A stretch of 64,000 nt of DNA from Camelus dromedarius (Eukaryota), in contig NC_087437.1 of assembly GCF_036321535.1 (NCBI RefSeq), forward strand, positions 31,002,001 to 31,066,000. Direction: 5' to 3'. Under the pieces are notes generated by a model. That model was given only the letters and a program-made list of their open reading frames with translations. It ran no database searches and was not told the DNA's origin. The position numbers were made by a program, and so were the translations under genes. This document shows, piece after piece, positions 23,563 through 37,600 of the stretch (its first letter is position 1; each line of letters begins with the position of its first letter).

Positions 23563-26500
23563 GTTTTTTTTTTTTAATTGAAGTATAGTTGATTGTAAAA
23601 TATTCTTACTTTTTTAGTTTTAGATATACAGCAAAGTGATTCAATTATATATTTATATTTATATATAAATTCTTTTTAGGTTCTTTTCCATTATAGGTTA
23701 TTAAGTGATATTGAATATAGTTCCCTTTGCTATGTAGTAGGTCCTTGTTGTTTATTTTAAATACAGTAGTGTGTATCTGTTAATCCCAAACTCCTAATTT
23801 ATCCCTCCCCTCCTTCCCTTTTGGTAACCATAACTTTGTTTTCTATGTCTGTGAGTTTATTTCTGTTTTGTAAATAAACTCATTTGTATCATTTTTTTTA
23901 AAGATTCCACGTAAAAGTGATATCATACGATATTTGTCTTTCTCTGACTTCACTTAATAGTATGATAATCTCTAGGTCCATCCGTGGTGCTGTAAATGGT
24001 AGTATTTTGTTGTTTTTTTTATAGCTGAGTAGTATTCCATTGTACGTATATGTGTGTGTGTGTGTGTATGTATATATACATACAACTTTATCCATTTATC
24101 TGTGATGGACATTTAGGTGTGTCCATGTCTTGGCTATTGTAAATAGTGCTGCTATGAACACTGGGGTGCATGTATCTTTTCAAATTAGAGTTTTCTCCAG
24201 ATACATGCCCAGGAGTGAGATTGCTGGATCATATGGTAACTCTATTTTTAGTATTTAAAGAAACTTCCAAACTGTTCTCCACAGTGGCTGCACCAATTTA
24301 CATTCCGAACAGCTGTGTAGGAGGGTTCCTTTTTCTCCACACCCTCTCCAGCATTTAGTATTTGTAGACTTTTTGATGATGGCCATTCTGACCAGTGTGA
24401 TCAAAACCATTGTGGTTTTGATTTGCAGTTCTCTCATAATTAGCAATGTTAAGCATTTTTTCATGTTGGCCATCTGTATGTCTTCTTTGGAGAAGTGTCT
24501 GTTTAGGTCTTCTGCTCATTTTTTACTGGGCTTTTTTTTTTTGATATTGAGCTATATGAGCTGTGTGTATGTTTTGGAAATTAATCCCTTGTCAGTTGCA
24601 TTATTTGCAAGTAAGTATTTTCTCTCAGTTCTTGGGTTGTTTTGTTTGTGGTTTCCTTTGCTGTGCAAAAGCTTATTAAGTTTGATTAGGCTGCATTTGG
24701 TTTTTTTTTTTTGCTTTTATTTCTTTTACCTTGGGTGACTGACCTAAGGAAATATTGCTGCGACTGACTTCAGAAAATGTCTTGCCTATGTTCTCTTCTA
24801 GGAATTTTATGGTGTCATGTCTTATATTTAAGTCTTTAAGTCATTTTTGAGGGTTTTTTTGTGTGTGTATAACGTGAGGAAATGTTCTAATTTCATTGAT
24901 TTACATTCGGCTGTCCAACTTTTCGAGCACCACTTGCTGAAGAGACTCTCTTTTCTGCATTGTGTATTCTTGCCTCCTTTGTCAAAGATTAACTGACTGT
25001 AAGTCTGTGGGTTTATTTATGGGCTCTCTATTCTGTTTCGTTGACCCATGTGTCTGTTTTTATGCCAATACCATGCTGTTGATTACTGTAGCTTTATAGA
25101 ATTGTTGAAGTTTGGGAGGATTATGCCTCCAGCTTTTTTCTTTTTCCTCAAGGTTGCTTTGTCAATTCTGGGCTTTTGTGGTTCCAGATAAATTTTAGGA
25201 ATATTTGTTCCAGTTATGTGAAAAATTTCTTGGATAATTTAATAAGGATCACATTAAATTTGTAGATTGCTTTGGATAGTATGGCCATTTTAACAATATT
25301 GACTTGTCCAATCCAAGAGCATGGGATATCTTTCCATTTCTTTGAATCATCTTCAATTTCCTTTATCAATGATTTATAGTTCTCAGTTTATAAGTCTTTC
25401 ACTTCCTTGGTCAGGTTTATTCATAAGTATTTTTTAAAATTCTATTTTAAAAGCACGTGTTTTTTCACTTTCCCATTCGGATATTTTGTTGTTAGTGTAG
25501 AGAAATGCAACTGGTTTCTGTATGTTAATCTTGAAGCCTGCTACCTTGCTGAATTTGGTTATCAGTTCTAGTAGTTCTTATGCGATGTCTTCAGGGTTTT
25601 CTGTATGTAGTATTGTGTCATCTGCGTAAAATGACAGTTTTATCTATTCCCTTCCAATAGGGATCCCTTTTATTTCTTTTTCTTTTCTGATTGCTGTGGC
25701 TAGGACTTCCAGTACTGTGTTGAATATGAGTGGTGAGAATGGGCATCCTTGTCTTGTTCCAGATTTTAACAGGAAGACTTTACTTTTCACTGTTGTGTAC
25801 TGTGCTGGCTGTGGGTTTGTCATAAAAAGCTTTTATTATGCTGACATATGTTCCCTCTGTACTCACTTTGGCAAGAGTTCTTATGAACGGATGTTGAATT
25901 ATATCAAAGGCTTTTCTGTGCCTATTGAGGTGATCATGTGGTTTTTGTCCTTTCTTGTGGTGATGTGTTGTATCTCGTTGATATCCCTATGCTGAGCCAT
26001 CCTTGTGACCCTGGGGTGAGTCTGACTTGATTGTAGAGTATGATCTTTTTTACGTTGTTGGATTCACTTTGCATTTGGTTTGCTAATATTTTTGTTAAGA
26101 ATTTTTGCATCTATATTCATCAAAGATACTGACGGGTAATTTTCTTTTTTGGTAGTGTCTTTGTCTGGTTTTGGTATCAGGGTGATGTTGGCGTCATAGA
26201 ATGAGTTTGGGAGTGTTCCCTTCCCTTTAGTCTTTTGGAAGAGTTTGAGAAGAATCGGTATAAATTCTGTATAAGTTCAGTGAAGCCATCCAGTCCTGGA
26301 CTTTCTGTTTGCAGGGAGTTTTTCTTTTAAATTATTACAGATTCTATTTCACTTCTAGTGATGGGTCTGTTCAAGTTATCTATTTCTTCTTGATTCAGTT
26401 TTGGTGGGCTATTTCTAGAAACTTGTCCATTTCTTCTAAGCTGTCCAGTTTGTTGCATATAATTGTTCATAGTGTTCTCTTAGGGGTTTTTTTGTATTTC

Positions 26501-29135
26501 TATGGTATTAGGTGTTGTTTCTCCTTCATTTCTTACTTTGTTTATTTGGTTCTCTTTTCTTGCTGAGCCTGGCCAGAGGTTTGTTTGGGTATCCATTGTT
26601 TTTGTATCCATTCAGCCAGTCTAAGTCCTTCGGTTGGAGCATTTAGTCTATTTACACTTAAGGTAATTATCAATATTTATGTTCTTATTGCCATCTTGTT
26701 AATTATTTTGGATTTGTTTTTGTAGGTCTTTTTCTCCCTATTCTTTTGCTCTTGTGTCGTGATTGATTATCTTTAGTGTCTTAATGTTTGGATTCCTTTT
26801 CCTTTTTTGTGTGCATATCTACTTTAGATTTTGGTTTGTGGTTACCATGAGTTTTTATATAGCAGTTTATATCGTGATTGTTTTGAGTTGCTGATCTCTT
26901 AATTTCAAATGCATTTTAAAAACCTTGCTTTTGTACTCTCTTCTCTTGATTACTGTTTTTGAAATCATATTTTATATTTAATTGCTTTGTGTGTCCTTTA
27001 ACTGCTTATTGTGGATAAAGGTGATTTTACTACTTTTGTCTTTTAACCTCCCTACTAGCTTTGTGTGTGGATGATTTTCTGCCTTTACTGTATATTTGCC
27101 TTTACCAGTGAGCTTTTCCATTTTGTAATTTTCTTGTTTCTAGTTGTGGTCTTTTCTACCTAGAGAAGTTCTTTTAACATTTGTTGTAAAGCTGTATTGG
27201 TGGTGCTAAATTCTTTTAGACTTTATTTGTCTGTAAAGGTTTTGATTTCCTCTTCGAATCTGAATGAGAGCATTCCTGGGTAGAGTGTTCTTGTTCGTAG
27301 GTTTTTCTCTTTCATCACTTTAAGCATATTGTGCCACTTCCTTCTGTCTTGCAGAGTTTCTGCTGAAAAATCAGCTGATAGCCTAGGGGAGTTCCTTATA
27401 TGTTATTTGTTGCTTTTCACTTATTGCTTTTAATAGTCTCTCTTTATCTTTAATTTTTGTCATTTTGGTTACAGTGTGTCTTGGTGTATTCCTCTCTGGG
27501 TTAATCCTGTATGAGATTAATTCTCAGTGTTTCCTGGACTTGGGTGACTGTTCTTTTCCCAGGGTAGGGAAGTTTTCAGCTATTAATCTCTTCATATATT
27601 TTCTTAAGCCTCCTCTCTCTCTTCTCCTTCTGGGACCTCTATAATGCAAATATTATTGTGCTTGATGTTGTAGCAGAGGTCTCTTAAACTATCTTCATTT
27701 TTTTTTCATTCTTTTTTGTTTGGAGGTGATTTCCACTACTCTATCTTCTAGCTCACTGATTCATTCTTCTGCATCATTTAGTCTTTTATTGATTCCTTGT
27801 GTATTTTTAATTTCAGTTATATTCTTCAACTCTGGTTGTCCTTGATATTTTCTAGTTTTTTGTTAAAAACTTCTGACTTCATTCTGTGCATCCATTACCC
27901 TCCCAAGTTCTTTGATATCTTTACAATCATTATTCTAAACTCTTTCTTGGGTAGATTGTCTATCTCCATGTCACTTAGTTCTTTTTCTGGGGTTTTGTCT
28001 TCTTCCTTTGTCTGAAATACATTCCTCTTTTGCCTCATTTTGTCTGAATTGCTATGTGTATTTTTATGTATGTGTAGATTAGTTACACTTCCCCACCTTG
28101 GAGAAGTGGCCCTCTATAGGAGATGTCCTGTGCATCCCAGCAGTGCACTCCCCACACATCACCCAAGGGCCAGGGGCCAGCTTGTCCCAGGGTAGTGTCT
28201 GGCATATGTTTGCAGACGCGTTCTGCAAGCTGTGGGATTGTAGTTGTCTTGCTTCTGGTGTCTGGTGGGTGAGGTTAGTCTAGAGGCTTGTGCAGGCTTC
28301 CTGGTGGGAGGGGCCGGTGCCCACCAGGTGGAGCTGTGTCTTGGCTCTCTGATGGGCAGGGCTGTTTTTTCGTCTAGTGGCATATGGGATCAGGAAGTCT
28401 TTAGGCAGCCTGTCTGCTGATGTGTGTGGCTGTGTCCCTACCCAGTTACTTGTTTGGCCTGAGGTGTCCCAGCACTGGGCCTACAGGCTGTTGAGTAGGG
28501 CCAGGTCTTGATGCTAATGAACCAAGATGTCAGCATCCAGGAGTGTTCACATAAATGAATGCTCCCTATTATGTCTGCTACCACTGTCTCTGTCCTCAGG
28601 GTGACCTACAGTGGCCCCCCACCTTTCCAGGAGACACCCCAAGTCCAGCAGGTGGGCCTGGCTCAGGCTCCTACTTTTACCTTTGGCCCCAGTGCATGTG
28701 AGATTTTGTGTACACCCTTTAGGAATGAAGTTTCTATTTCCCCCAGTCCTGTGGAGCTTCTGCAATCAAGCCCTGTTGGCTTTCAAAGCCAAATGCTCTG
28801 GGGGCTCCTCTTCCCAGTGCCAGACCCCTGGTGCCAGTTCTGACGTGGGGCTCAGAACTCTTACTCCTGTGGGAGAACCTCTGCAGTATACTCATTCTCC
28901 AGTTTGTGGGTCACCCGCCCAGGGGTATGGGATTTGATTATATTGTGAGTCTGCCTGCCAACCTGTCTTGTTGTAATTCCTTCTTTATGTCTTTAGTTGT
29001 AGAAGATCTTTTCTGATAGGTTCTAGTTTTTTTTGTTTGTTTGTTTCATCAATAGTTGTTGTGCAGTTATGATTTTGGTGTGCTTGTGAGAGGTGAGCTT
29101 AAGGTCCTTCTATTCCACCATCTTGCCAGGCTCTT
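23563..29135 (-). mobile_element. Older near full-length LINE-1 with an internal deletion of about 1 kb in the endonuclease region
   Basis: PolyT/3' UTR at about 23563-23900; degraded ORF2 (ORFs 23898-24095 and 24255-24473 are L1-like); ORF1-like and 5' UTR-like sequence at about 27100-29130. The 5' end carries a YY1-like aagatggtgg (ccaccatctt at 29115-29124). No clear TSD. Confidence 0.9.
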
Positions 29136-29739
29136 CTGTTTGAACATCTATCTCTCTTCTAAATACGCAGGATACAGACGAGTCTTACATCCTTTGATTA
29201 ATAACACACCCTTTGAGGATGGTGATTATACAGAATGATGTTTTATTGTACCGAGTTTGCAGCCTGGAGTGGAGATCATGAAGTCAATGAGAAGTCACAT
29301 CAACATTCAATTCAGTTCTTTTTCACTAAAATCCAGTTTGGAATGAACTGAAAGAGTTTCTCTGAAATTATAAATGACTATGAATACATTAAAGAGATAA
29401 AACAAGACAGCTCTTTGGAAAAGAGCAAAGGATAAATTAGTCAAGAATTATATTAAAATATCAATGGAGAGATTTAAAAATATTATGCTTCTCATTTCCT
29501 TTGCTCTTTTTTTTGGGTGTGTGTGTGATCCTTCAATGTCTTTTCAGCTTTAGATTGCTCAGGATTAAAAGAATTACTTTCTATATAGTTTCTTCTGATT
29601 ACTTGGTAGGTCTTTCTTCAGAGAGTTGGTTTAGTTTCTTTCCAAACTTAGCTTTCTGTTAAGTCTAGCCTCTGAAATTTAATACTGGTCTAGGAAATCT
29701 GAAACTAATAAGAACTGTCATCTTTCACATGTACAAACA

Positions 29740-29828
29740 CCCTGCCTTCCCTTGCCCCTCCCCGTCCCTTTCCCCATCCCTTCTTTTCTCTTCCCTCCCT
29801 CCTTCCTTCCTTTCTTCCCTCCTTCCCT
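29740..29828. repeat. CT-rich low-complexity tract
   Basis: Directly visible polypyrimidine (CCTT/CCCT)n. Confidence 0.8.
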
Positions 29829-31074
29829 CAGAAGGGATCCACATCAAATTTCCAAGAGTGGACAGTAGCAGTTGCCTGACTGATAGAGCACAATTCAAGT
29901 TCAGCTCACTCATGATCTTCCTTTGGCATTTCCAAATTCCTCCTTCTCTTTGAGACCTGTCCAAGCTATCACTGTCTGCCCCATGTCTTAGACTTCAAAC
30001 CTTATAGTTGAAAACATTGGCTTCTGCTTTCCCCTCTTTCCATCTAATCTAATTAGCTACCAATCCAGTTCCATCCATGAAATATTTTTCTAAATAACAC
30101 TTGTGTTCAAGTCATTCTTCTGAACAAAAAAGATTCGGTGTTCCATATTGTTTAATGATTAAACTCCTCAACCTGGCATTGTAGCATCTCCATGTCTTCA
30201 TCCCAGCCTACCTTTGGCCTTATGTCTAATTCACTCATGTTAATTTGGTGCATCTTGGAAACCAAGTTTATAAAGGTTTCCTTATTAAATCTGGTTCTAA
30301 ATCATGCCAATTTCTACCATTTTTACAGTAATTAAAAAATTACATACTAACACATGGTGGTTTTAGAAAATAGAAAATAGAGATGAACAAGATAAAAAAA
30401 TCTTTAATTCAGACTCAGAGATAATTACTGCCAACACTTTTCTGTATTTTCTTTCAGACTTTTTCCCATACATATTTTATACATATGTAAATTTATAAAA
30501 CTGAATTTTACTATATATATTATCTAATTAATTTAATAACTATCTTTTTGAACATAATTCTGTGTTTATACTTCCATATCTTGTCTATCAAATGTGTGGA
30601 TGTTTATCAGATCTCCTATTTTGATCATTTTGTTTTCAATTTTTTTTTTTTACAATTAAAAATTTCTTTTTCCTGCAAACTTTATTGTAGCAAATATTTT
30701 ATGCAAATACTCAGTTAATTTCTTAGTGTTAATTTTTACAAGTGATTTTGTTTTTGAACACCTTTTATGTTTTCTTTTCACTCTCGTTTTCTAAACTGTA
30801 ATAATTTTTATTTTTCTTTGGATCCAGTTCAGCTTCTTATCATTTTTATTAATATTTGAAGACTAACCTCAGAAATATTAATGTAAGAAAAGATCAAACT
30901 GGAGCTGTTGACAAGGTTAGTTCATAACTGGTTAACTCCAACCAGAATCACATGAGCTGTTAACATAACAAAACTTGCTCTCAAAATGGTTTATGTTCAG
31001 GTGGCCCCCACCTCTCATCTGACTGAATCAGCTGTCACTTCCCACAGTGCTGTTGACCCAGTTTAAGCTTTGTT

Positions 31075-31213
31075 TATTTTGATTTTTTAAATTTTTGGAG
31101 GGGGAGAAGGTAATTAGGTTCATTTATCTTTGTTAACAGAGATAGTGGGGATTGAACCCAGGACCTCGTGCATGCTAAGCACATACTCTACCACTGAGCT
31201 ATACCCTCACCCA
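31075..31213 (-). mobile_element. tRNA-derived SINE (camelid-type)
   Basis: Minus strand reads gagggtatagctcagtggtagagtatgtgcttagcatgcacgaggtcctgggttcaatcccc; TSD agtttaa[g/a]ctttgtt at 31060-31074 and 31214-31228. Confidence 0.88.
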
Positions 31214-31384
31214 AGTTTAAACTTTGTTATTGTGATATACACTTTGTAAGTTTAGGTTTGCCTGGCTAGCAGCTAGAGACTATTTTTTTCGTTTGTTTTT
31301 ATTTTGTCTTTTTTTAAAGGCACTTGGCCTATTATTCAGATAACCCACCACTAAATGGTTGTTTATTTTATTCTCTTCTACTTA

Positions 31385-31980
31385 GTTGAAAAAAGCATTT
31401 ACTGAGCCCTGTTGTGCAGATAGCTCTGTGTTAGGCTCTGGGACGCAGTGATGAACAGGACAGTCTCTCTCCAGATGCTAAGGTCTAGTAGGGGAGGCTG
31501 ACAGGCAAATACCTGGATTCCTTCACTGTGACCTGTGCAGCAATAGAAGCATGTGCAAGGTGGAGGCAGTAACTCTTCAGGGAGGGGTCAGGGAAGGTGG
31601 CCTAGAAGAGGTGACAGCTGAGATACGTTTTGGAGGATAAATAGAAGTTCCTTTTTTGGTTGTGTAGTGAGAAGGGTAGGGAAGAGAAAGAGTGGTATTT
31701 TTAAACACAAAGGAGCCTAAAGCAATATGGTGTACTTAGGAAACCATATGCAGAGTGGTATTATTGGAAAAAAATGCCGTGGAGAGAGGAAAGTGTGTGC
31801 GACGAGGCTTGGAGCAGGACAGTGCCAGATCATGAGTGGCCTTGTGCTGTCATGTGCCTGGATTTGACTCTCGAGGCATTGGTGACTTGATGAGATTGTT
31901 GTTTTAGAAAGATGTATTAGATAACAACATAGTACCTGGATTTCAGATGAGAGGTACTGGAAACAAAAAGACCAGTTAGG
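31385..31980. mobile_element. L2 fragment
   Basis: gcatttactgagccct...tgtgttaggctctggga...gtctagtagggga is typical of the L2 3' region. Confidence 0.65.
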
Positions 31981-32691
31981 AGATAATTATAATTACCCAA
32001 AAAAGAAATGAAGGGGGATGGGGACAGGAGAGTGTTGAATGTAGAAAAGCATAGCTGCCCAGGGTACTGGACCAGGCAGGGCAGGGGCCTAGGGTGCTTG
32101 AATGGGCAAAGACTGAGACGAGATGTGAAAAAACAGGGCAGAGTGGTTGAGTGATTGAGGAGAGTTCAGAAGGGGAAACCAAAACTGAGAGCCAGTGATT
32201 CTAGAGGAGGCAGCAGCAGGACAAGGTGCAGCAGAAGCCACGTGATACTCAGCAGACAGGGCCCTGGGAGCACCGGAGAATCGTCTAGAGTGGAAAATCA
32301 ACGCATTTTCTACGTAGAACAAGCAAAAGCATCCACAGGGATATCCATAAACAGACCACAAAGTAAAAATTTCCTCTAACCTTAAAATATGTAAAATATC
32401 AGCAAAAGAAAAGTTCTTGAAAAACATGCTGAATTGATTTCATCGTAATTTTGATCTGATGTGGAAATCTCATTTAGAATAAAATACATTTCCTGGGCAA
32501 CTCTAATTGAACAATTCCCCTATTTTACTGGTTTCTTTCTATCTCTGGCAAGGAGGACTTTGGTGTGCTTTTCTGTATCCTTTACTGGGTAAAGAGGCAA
32601 AAATATGTCACTTACAGATTCTGAAAACCACCCCTCTAAGTGCTAACATTTGCCTCTACTTTTCCATGGGTATCATTCGCCTCCTGTTATG

Positions 32692-33215
32692 GTCTGTGTT
32701 CTGGTTATGTAATGCTGTATAAACAAACCATTTCAAAACTTAGTGGCATAAAACAATAACAATATTTTGCTTATGAATCTAACTTAGCCAGGGCTTAGCT
32801 GGGGCAGCTTGTCTCTGATCTACTTGATGTCAGCTTTGGCAGAGGCATGGCGTTGTCTGAACGCTCTCCACTGGCATGTCTGGTGGAAGACTCAAACAGG
32901 TGGAGCCTGGACCAACTGGAGCTGCATGGCCATCTCTCACTGTTCCTATGTGATCTCTCCAGGAGGGTACCTCTTCAAGGTAGCCAGATTCTTTTTCATA
33001 TGTAGAGGAGGGCTCCCAAGGCGCGGACAGAGGAAGAGAGAGCCGGGAAGGAGCCAAATTGCTTTTCTAACCTACCTCAGAGGACAGCAGATATCTTTTG
33101 CTACTTTAAAGTTATTAGAAATGAGTCATTAATGCCAGCCCATATACAGGGGAGGGGAATTAGTCCATTTTCTGTAGGAGGAATGTCAAATAATTTGTTT
33201 TAAAGCACCGCAGTC
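32692..33215. mobile_element. MaLR solo LTR (old MLT1)
   Basis: ctgtataaacaaaccatttcaaaacttagtggcataaaacaa...gccagcccatatacaggggagggga. Confidence 0.7.
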
Positions 33216-33383
33216 TAAATGAAGGATAGTTAGCAGGAGGAGAGAAGAGACCTGCCATTGTAGCCAGAGTTTGATTGTAGACCTTTCATTTTAGAGATTC
33301 TTACCAGAGACCTTTTTGACTCCTCTTAAAGCAAATAGGGTTCCACCTAATCCAACCTTCCCCATATCAGGGCTCCATAACTT

Positions 33384-33567
33384 TTTCTTTTTAATTGAAG
33401 TATTGTTGATTTACAATGTTGTTAGTTTCTAGTATACAGCATTGGGATTCAGTTATATATTTATATATATGTATATATCCTTTTTCATTATAGGTTATTA
33501 TGAGATATTAAATATAGCTCCCTATGCTATATAGTAGGACCTTGTTTATCTATTATATATATATATT
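33384..33567 (-). mobile_element. Short L1 3' terminus
   Basis: Same 3' end type as 23570-23760; TSD agggctccataactt at 33369-33383 and 33568-33582. Confidence 0.88.
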
Positions 33568-35394
33568 AGGGCTCCATAACTTCTGATGGCCCCAAAGCAA
33601 CATGGTGTAGTGGAAAAAGCAGGTGCTCAGAGTCAGAAAGACCTGATGAGAAATCTGGCCTCAGGTGTGCTACCGACTTGCTGTGATTGCCTTATGACTC
33701 ACACAGTTTTCCCATGGGAGTGAGGGTGGTTGGTTTAGAGCACAATTAGCATGCTTTTTCCTTTAGTTAAAAACACCTATAAGATGTATGTGTGGAGAAA
33801 TTAACACATTTTACTGAGCTCTTTTTACATGAAAAATGCTATGCTGGGCTCTGTGGAAGCAACAAAGTGGGTCTAGGAGCAGCAGAGGTTGGTTCTAATC
33901 AGCGGGGGCTGGCTGTGCAGACAGAAGCCATTAGCACGACTGTCCTTAGGCCTGAGCAAGTGGGGCCCCCATGCTGTCCACCACTCCTCTCCCCTGGCCC
34001 CCCTCCCATGCTTTAAAATATCTTCCTCAAATTTTTCTAAGTGCCTCTCCAGTGCTTAGTTTCAGCCAGGACCCTTATTGCAGTCTGAGCAGGGGTGCTC
34101 TGAGCCTGGACCACGTCCACAACAAGCCCTTGTCTCCCCTTCTCTCCTCCTGGGCACTCTCTGATTCTACACTGCTGTGTATTGGGTTGACCAGATGTCC
34201 AGGAGCTTTAGGGCTTGACGAATAGGGTTGTTCCAGGCTCTGTGTCAGGGTCCTTGTTCTAGAAAAGCATCCAGGTGAGCAGATAGCTTCTCTTGGCTAG
34301 CATCATATTTCTCTCGTAAGACAACATGAGATTGGGCCACCAGGATGGTGCTGACATGCTGATTCTGAGGCCTGGGAGTTTGAATTTCTAACAAGTTTCC
34401 AGGTAATGTCGATGCTTCTGGTCAGAAACCACTGAACTGGTGTGAAACTGACTTGTGAGTGAACTGTGTTCTATTCTATTTAATCCTTGGAGAACTTTCA
34501 TTCTTACATTCTGTGGTATTGGTAAAATGCCTAGCTCAAGAACAATGCAGGTCTAAATTTCCTCATCCAAATGCTGGATACACACAGTGACACTGACTCA
34601 GGCACTGCCCTGTGAAACAACCCTCTGTAAATGCTCTGCCTGACTGACCTGCACTGTTGGTCCCTGCTCAGTCAGTGCAGTGGGTTTCTCACCCATGTGG
34701 CTCACGTGAAAGCGAGACACGAAAGGCCATGTTTCCTTAGCTGGAGGGCAAGAAGTGTGACTCTGTAGCTCTAGGACTGCCTGACTCTTACTGTGGCTGA
34801 ATGACATGGGGGTGGATATGAGTGTGCTTTCTGTTGCATATTTTCTCAAATTTTTGTTAAAAATAGGGTTTTGAAAAATAAAATCTAATCAATGTTTGCT
34901 GGAGAAGGTACCTCTTCAAAGGAAACTAATAATGGATATTTGAGAGGGGACATTGCTTTGGGAGTTTGGATTTTAAAGGGGCTGAGTTTGTGGCCAGGGT
35001 TTCTGAAGTAACAGAGACTGAAGTCACCCAAAGGTGACCAGCAGGTCAAATGATCCCTTAAGGGATTTAGGACTTGGCGAAGACATCTCTAGTCCCTTTG
35101 ACTGAAAACAGCAGGAGATCCTCAACAGTCATTATTTACTAAATAACAGATGAGGGCCAGATCCACCCCCAAGACTTGGGTTTTGATGGTGTGGAGGTTC
35201 CCCGGGGCTCAAGCACAGTCCCCCCACACAGACGCTGCTGAGGAGCATTGCTGAGCAGGGAGGGCTCTGAGAGGTGTCAACCAGGCGCAGCAGAAACCAG
35301 AGGAAGGGGGTGTGCGTGTGGAAAAGTGGAAGGTAGTAAAGTTTCCCATATGTTTCCTTGGTTGACATCCTATTTACTTAAGGAGGAATTTTTA

Positions 35395-37600
35395 AATTAT
35401 TTTTTAATTGAAGTGTAGTCAGTTTACAATGTTGTGTCAATTTCTGGTGTACAACATAATGTCCCAGTCATGCACATACACACGTATATTCATTTTCATT
35501 ATAGGTTTCTACAAGATATGAGTATATTTTCTTGTGCTACACAGTATAAGCTTGTTTATCTATTTTATATATAGTAGTTAGTATCTGCAGATCTTTTTTT
35601 GAGTTTTAGTCAGTTTACAGTGTTGTGTCAAATTCCAGTGGAGAGCACAATTTTTCAGTTATACATGAAAATACATATATTCATTGTCACTTTTTTGCTG
35701 TGAGCTACCACAAGATCTTGTATATATTTCCCTGTGCTATACAATATAATCTTGTTTATCTATTCTGCATATGCCTGTCAGTATCTACAAACTTTGAACT
35801 CCCAGTCTATTCCCTTCCCACCCCCTCCCCCTTGTTTGTATTCTATGTCTATGAGTCTGCTTCTGTTTTGTACTTATGTTCTTTTTTATTAACATTTTTT
35901 ATTGATTTATAATCATTTTACAATGTTGTGTCAAATTCCAGTGTTCAGCACAATTTTTCAATTATACATGAACATATATATATTCATTGTCACATTCCTT
36001 TCTCTGTGAGCTACCATAAGATCTTGTATATATTTCCCTGTGCTATACAGTATAATCTTGTTTATCTATTCTACAATTTTGAAATCCCAGTCTATCTCTT
36101 CCCACCCCCAACCCCCTTGGCAACCACAAGTCTGTATTCTATGTCTATGAGTCTATTTCTGTTCTGTATTTATGCTTTGTTGTTTTTTGGGGGGTTTTTT
36201 TGGTTTGTTTTTTTAGATTCCACATATGAGTGATTTCATATGGTATTTCTCTTTCTGGCTTACTTCACTTAGAATGACATTCCCCAGGGACATCCATGTT
36301 GCTGCAAATGGTGTTATGTTGTCATTTTTTATGGCTGAATAGTATTCTATTGTATAAATATAGCACATCTTCTTTATCCAGTCATCTGTTGATGGACATT
36401 TAGGCTGTTTCCATGTCTTGGCTATTGTAAATAGTGCTGCTATGAACAATGGGGTGCAGGTGTCATTTTGAAGTAGGGTTCCTTCTGGGTATATGCCCTG
36501 GAGCAGGATTCCTGGGTCATATGGTAAGTCTATTCCTAGTCTTTTGAGAAATCTCCATACTGTTTTCCACAGTGGCTGCACTAAACTGCATTCCCACCAG
36601 CAGTGTAGGAGGGTTGCCTTTTCTCCATAGCCTCTCCAGCATTTGCCATTTGTGGATTTTTGAATGATGGCCATTCTGACTGGTGTGAGGTGATACCTCA
36701 TTGTAGTTTTGATTTGCATTTTTCTGGTAATTAGTGATATTGAGCATTTTTTCATGTGCTTATTGATCATTTGTATGTCTTCCTTGGAGAATTGCTTGTT
36801 TAGGTCTTCTGCCCATTTTTGGATTGGGTTTTTTTTTTTTCTTATTAAGTCGTATGAGGTGCTTATATATTCTGGAGATCAAGCCTTTGCTAGTTTTATT
36901 TTTTGCAAAAATTTTCTCCCATTCTGTAGGTTGTCATTTTGTTTTGCTAGTATCTGCAAATCTTGAACTCTCAATTTATCCTTTCTCACCCCCTGAGCCC
37001 CCTGGTAATCATAGGTTTGTTTTCTATATCTGTGAGTCTGCTTTTGTTTTGTAAATAAGTTTATTTGTCTTTTTTTTTTTTTTTTTTAGATTCCACATGT
37101 AAGTGATACCGTATGATATTTTTCTTTCTCTTTCTTGCTTACTTCACTTAGAATGACATTCTCCAGGTTCATCCATGTTGCTGCAAATGGCATTCTTTTA
37201 CTCTTTTTTATGGCTGAGTAGTGTTCCATTGTATAAATATACTACCACTTCTTTGTCTGGTCATCTGTTGATGGACATTTAGGTTGTTTCCGTGTCTTGG
37301 CTATTGTAAATAGTGCTGCTATCAAAATTGGGGTGCATGTGTCTTTTTGAATTAAAGTTCCCTCTGCATGTATGCCCAGGAGTGGGATTGCTGGATCATG
37401 TGGTAAGTCTATTTTCAGTTTTTTGAGGAATCTCCACAGTGTTCTCCATAATGGCTGCACCAAACTACATTCTCACCAACAGTGTAGGAGGGTTCCCTTT
37501 TCTCCACACCCTCTCCAGCATTTATCATTTGTGGACATTTTAATGATGGCCATTCTGACTGGTGCAAGGTGATACCTCATTGTGGTTTTGATTTGTATTT
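35395..37600 (-). mobile_element. Nested L1 cluster: host L1 3' fragment (35395-35595 + 36948-37600) interrupted by an insert (35596-36947) carrying two 3' UTR copies
   Basis: ORF2 C-terminal ORFs at 36213-36770 and 37242-37463. 17-bp TSD tagtatctgca[g/a]atctt at 35579-35595 and 36948-36964. Confidence 0.9.

Noticed and set aside
31150..31210. tRNA gene-like sequence with A/B boxes
   Set aside because: It is the head of a SINE with an A-rich tail and TSD, not a tRNA gene.
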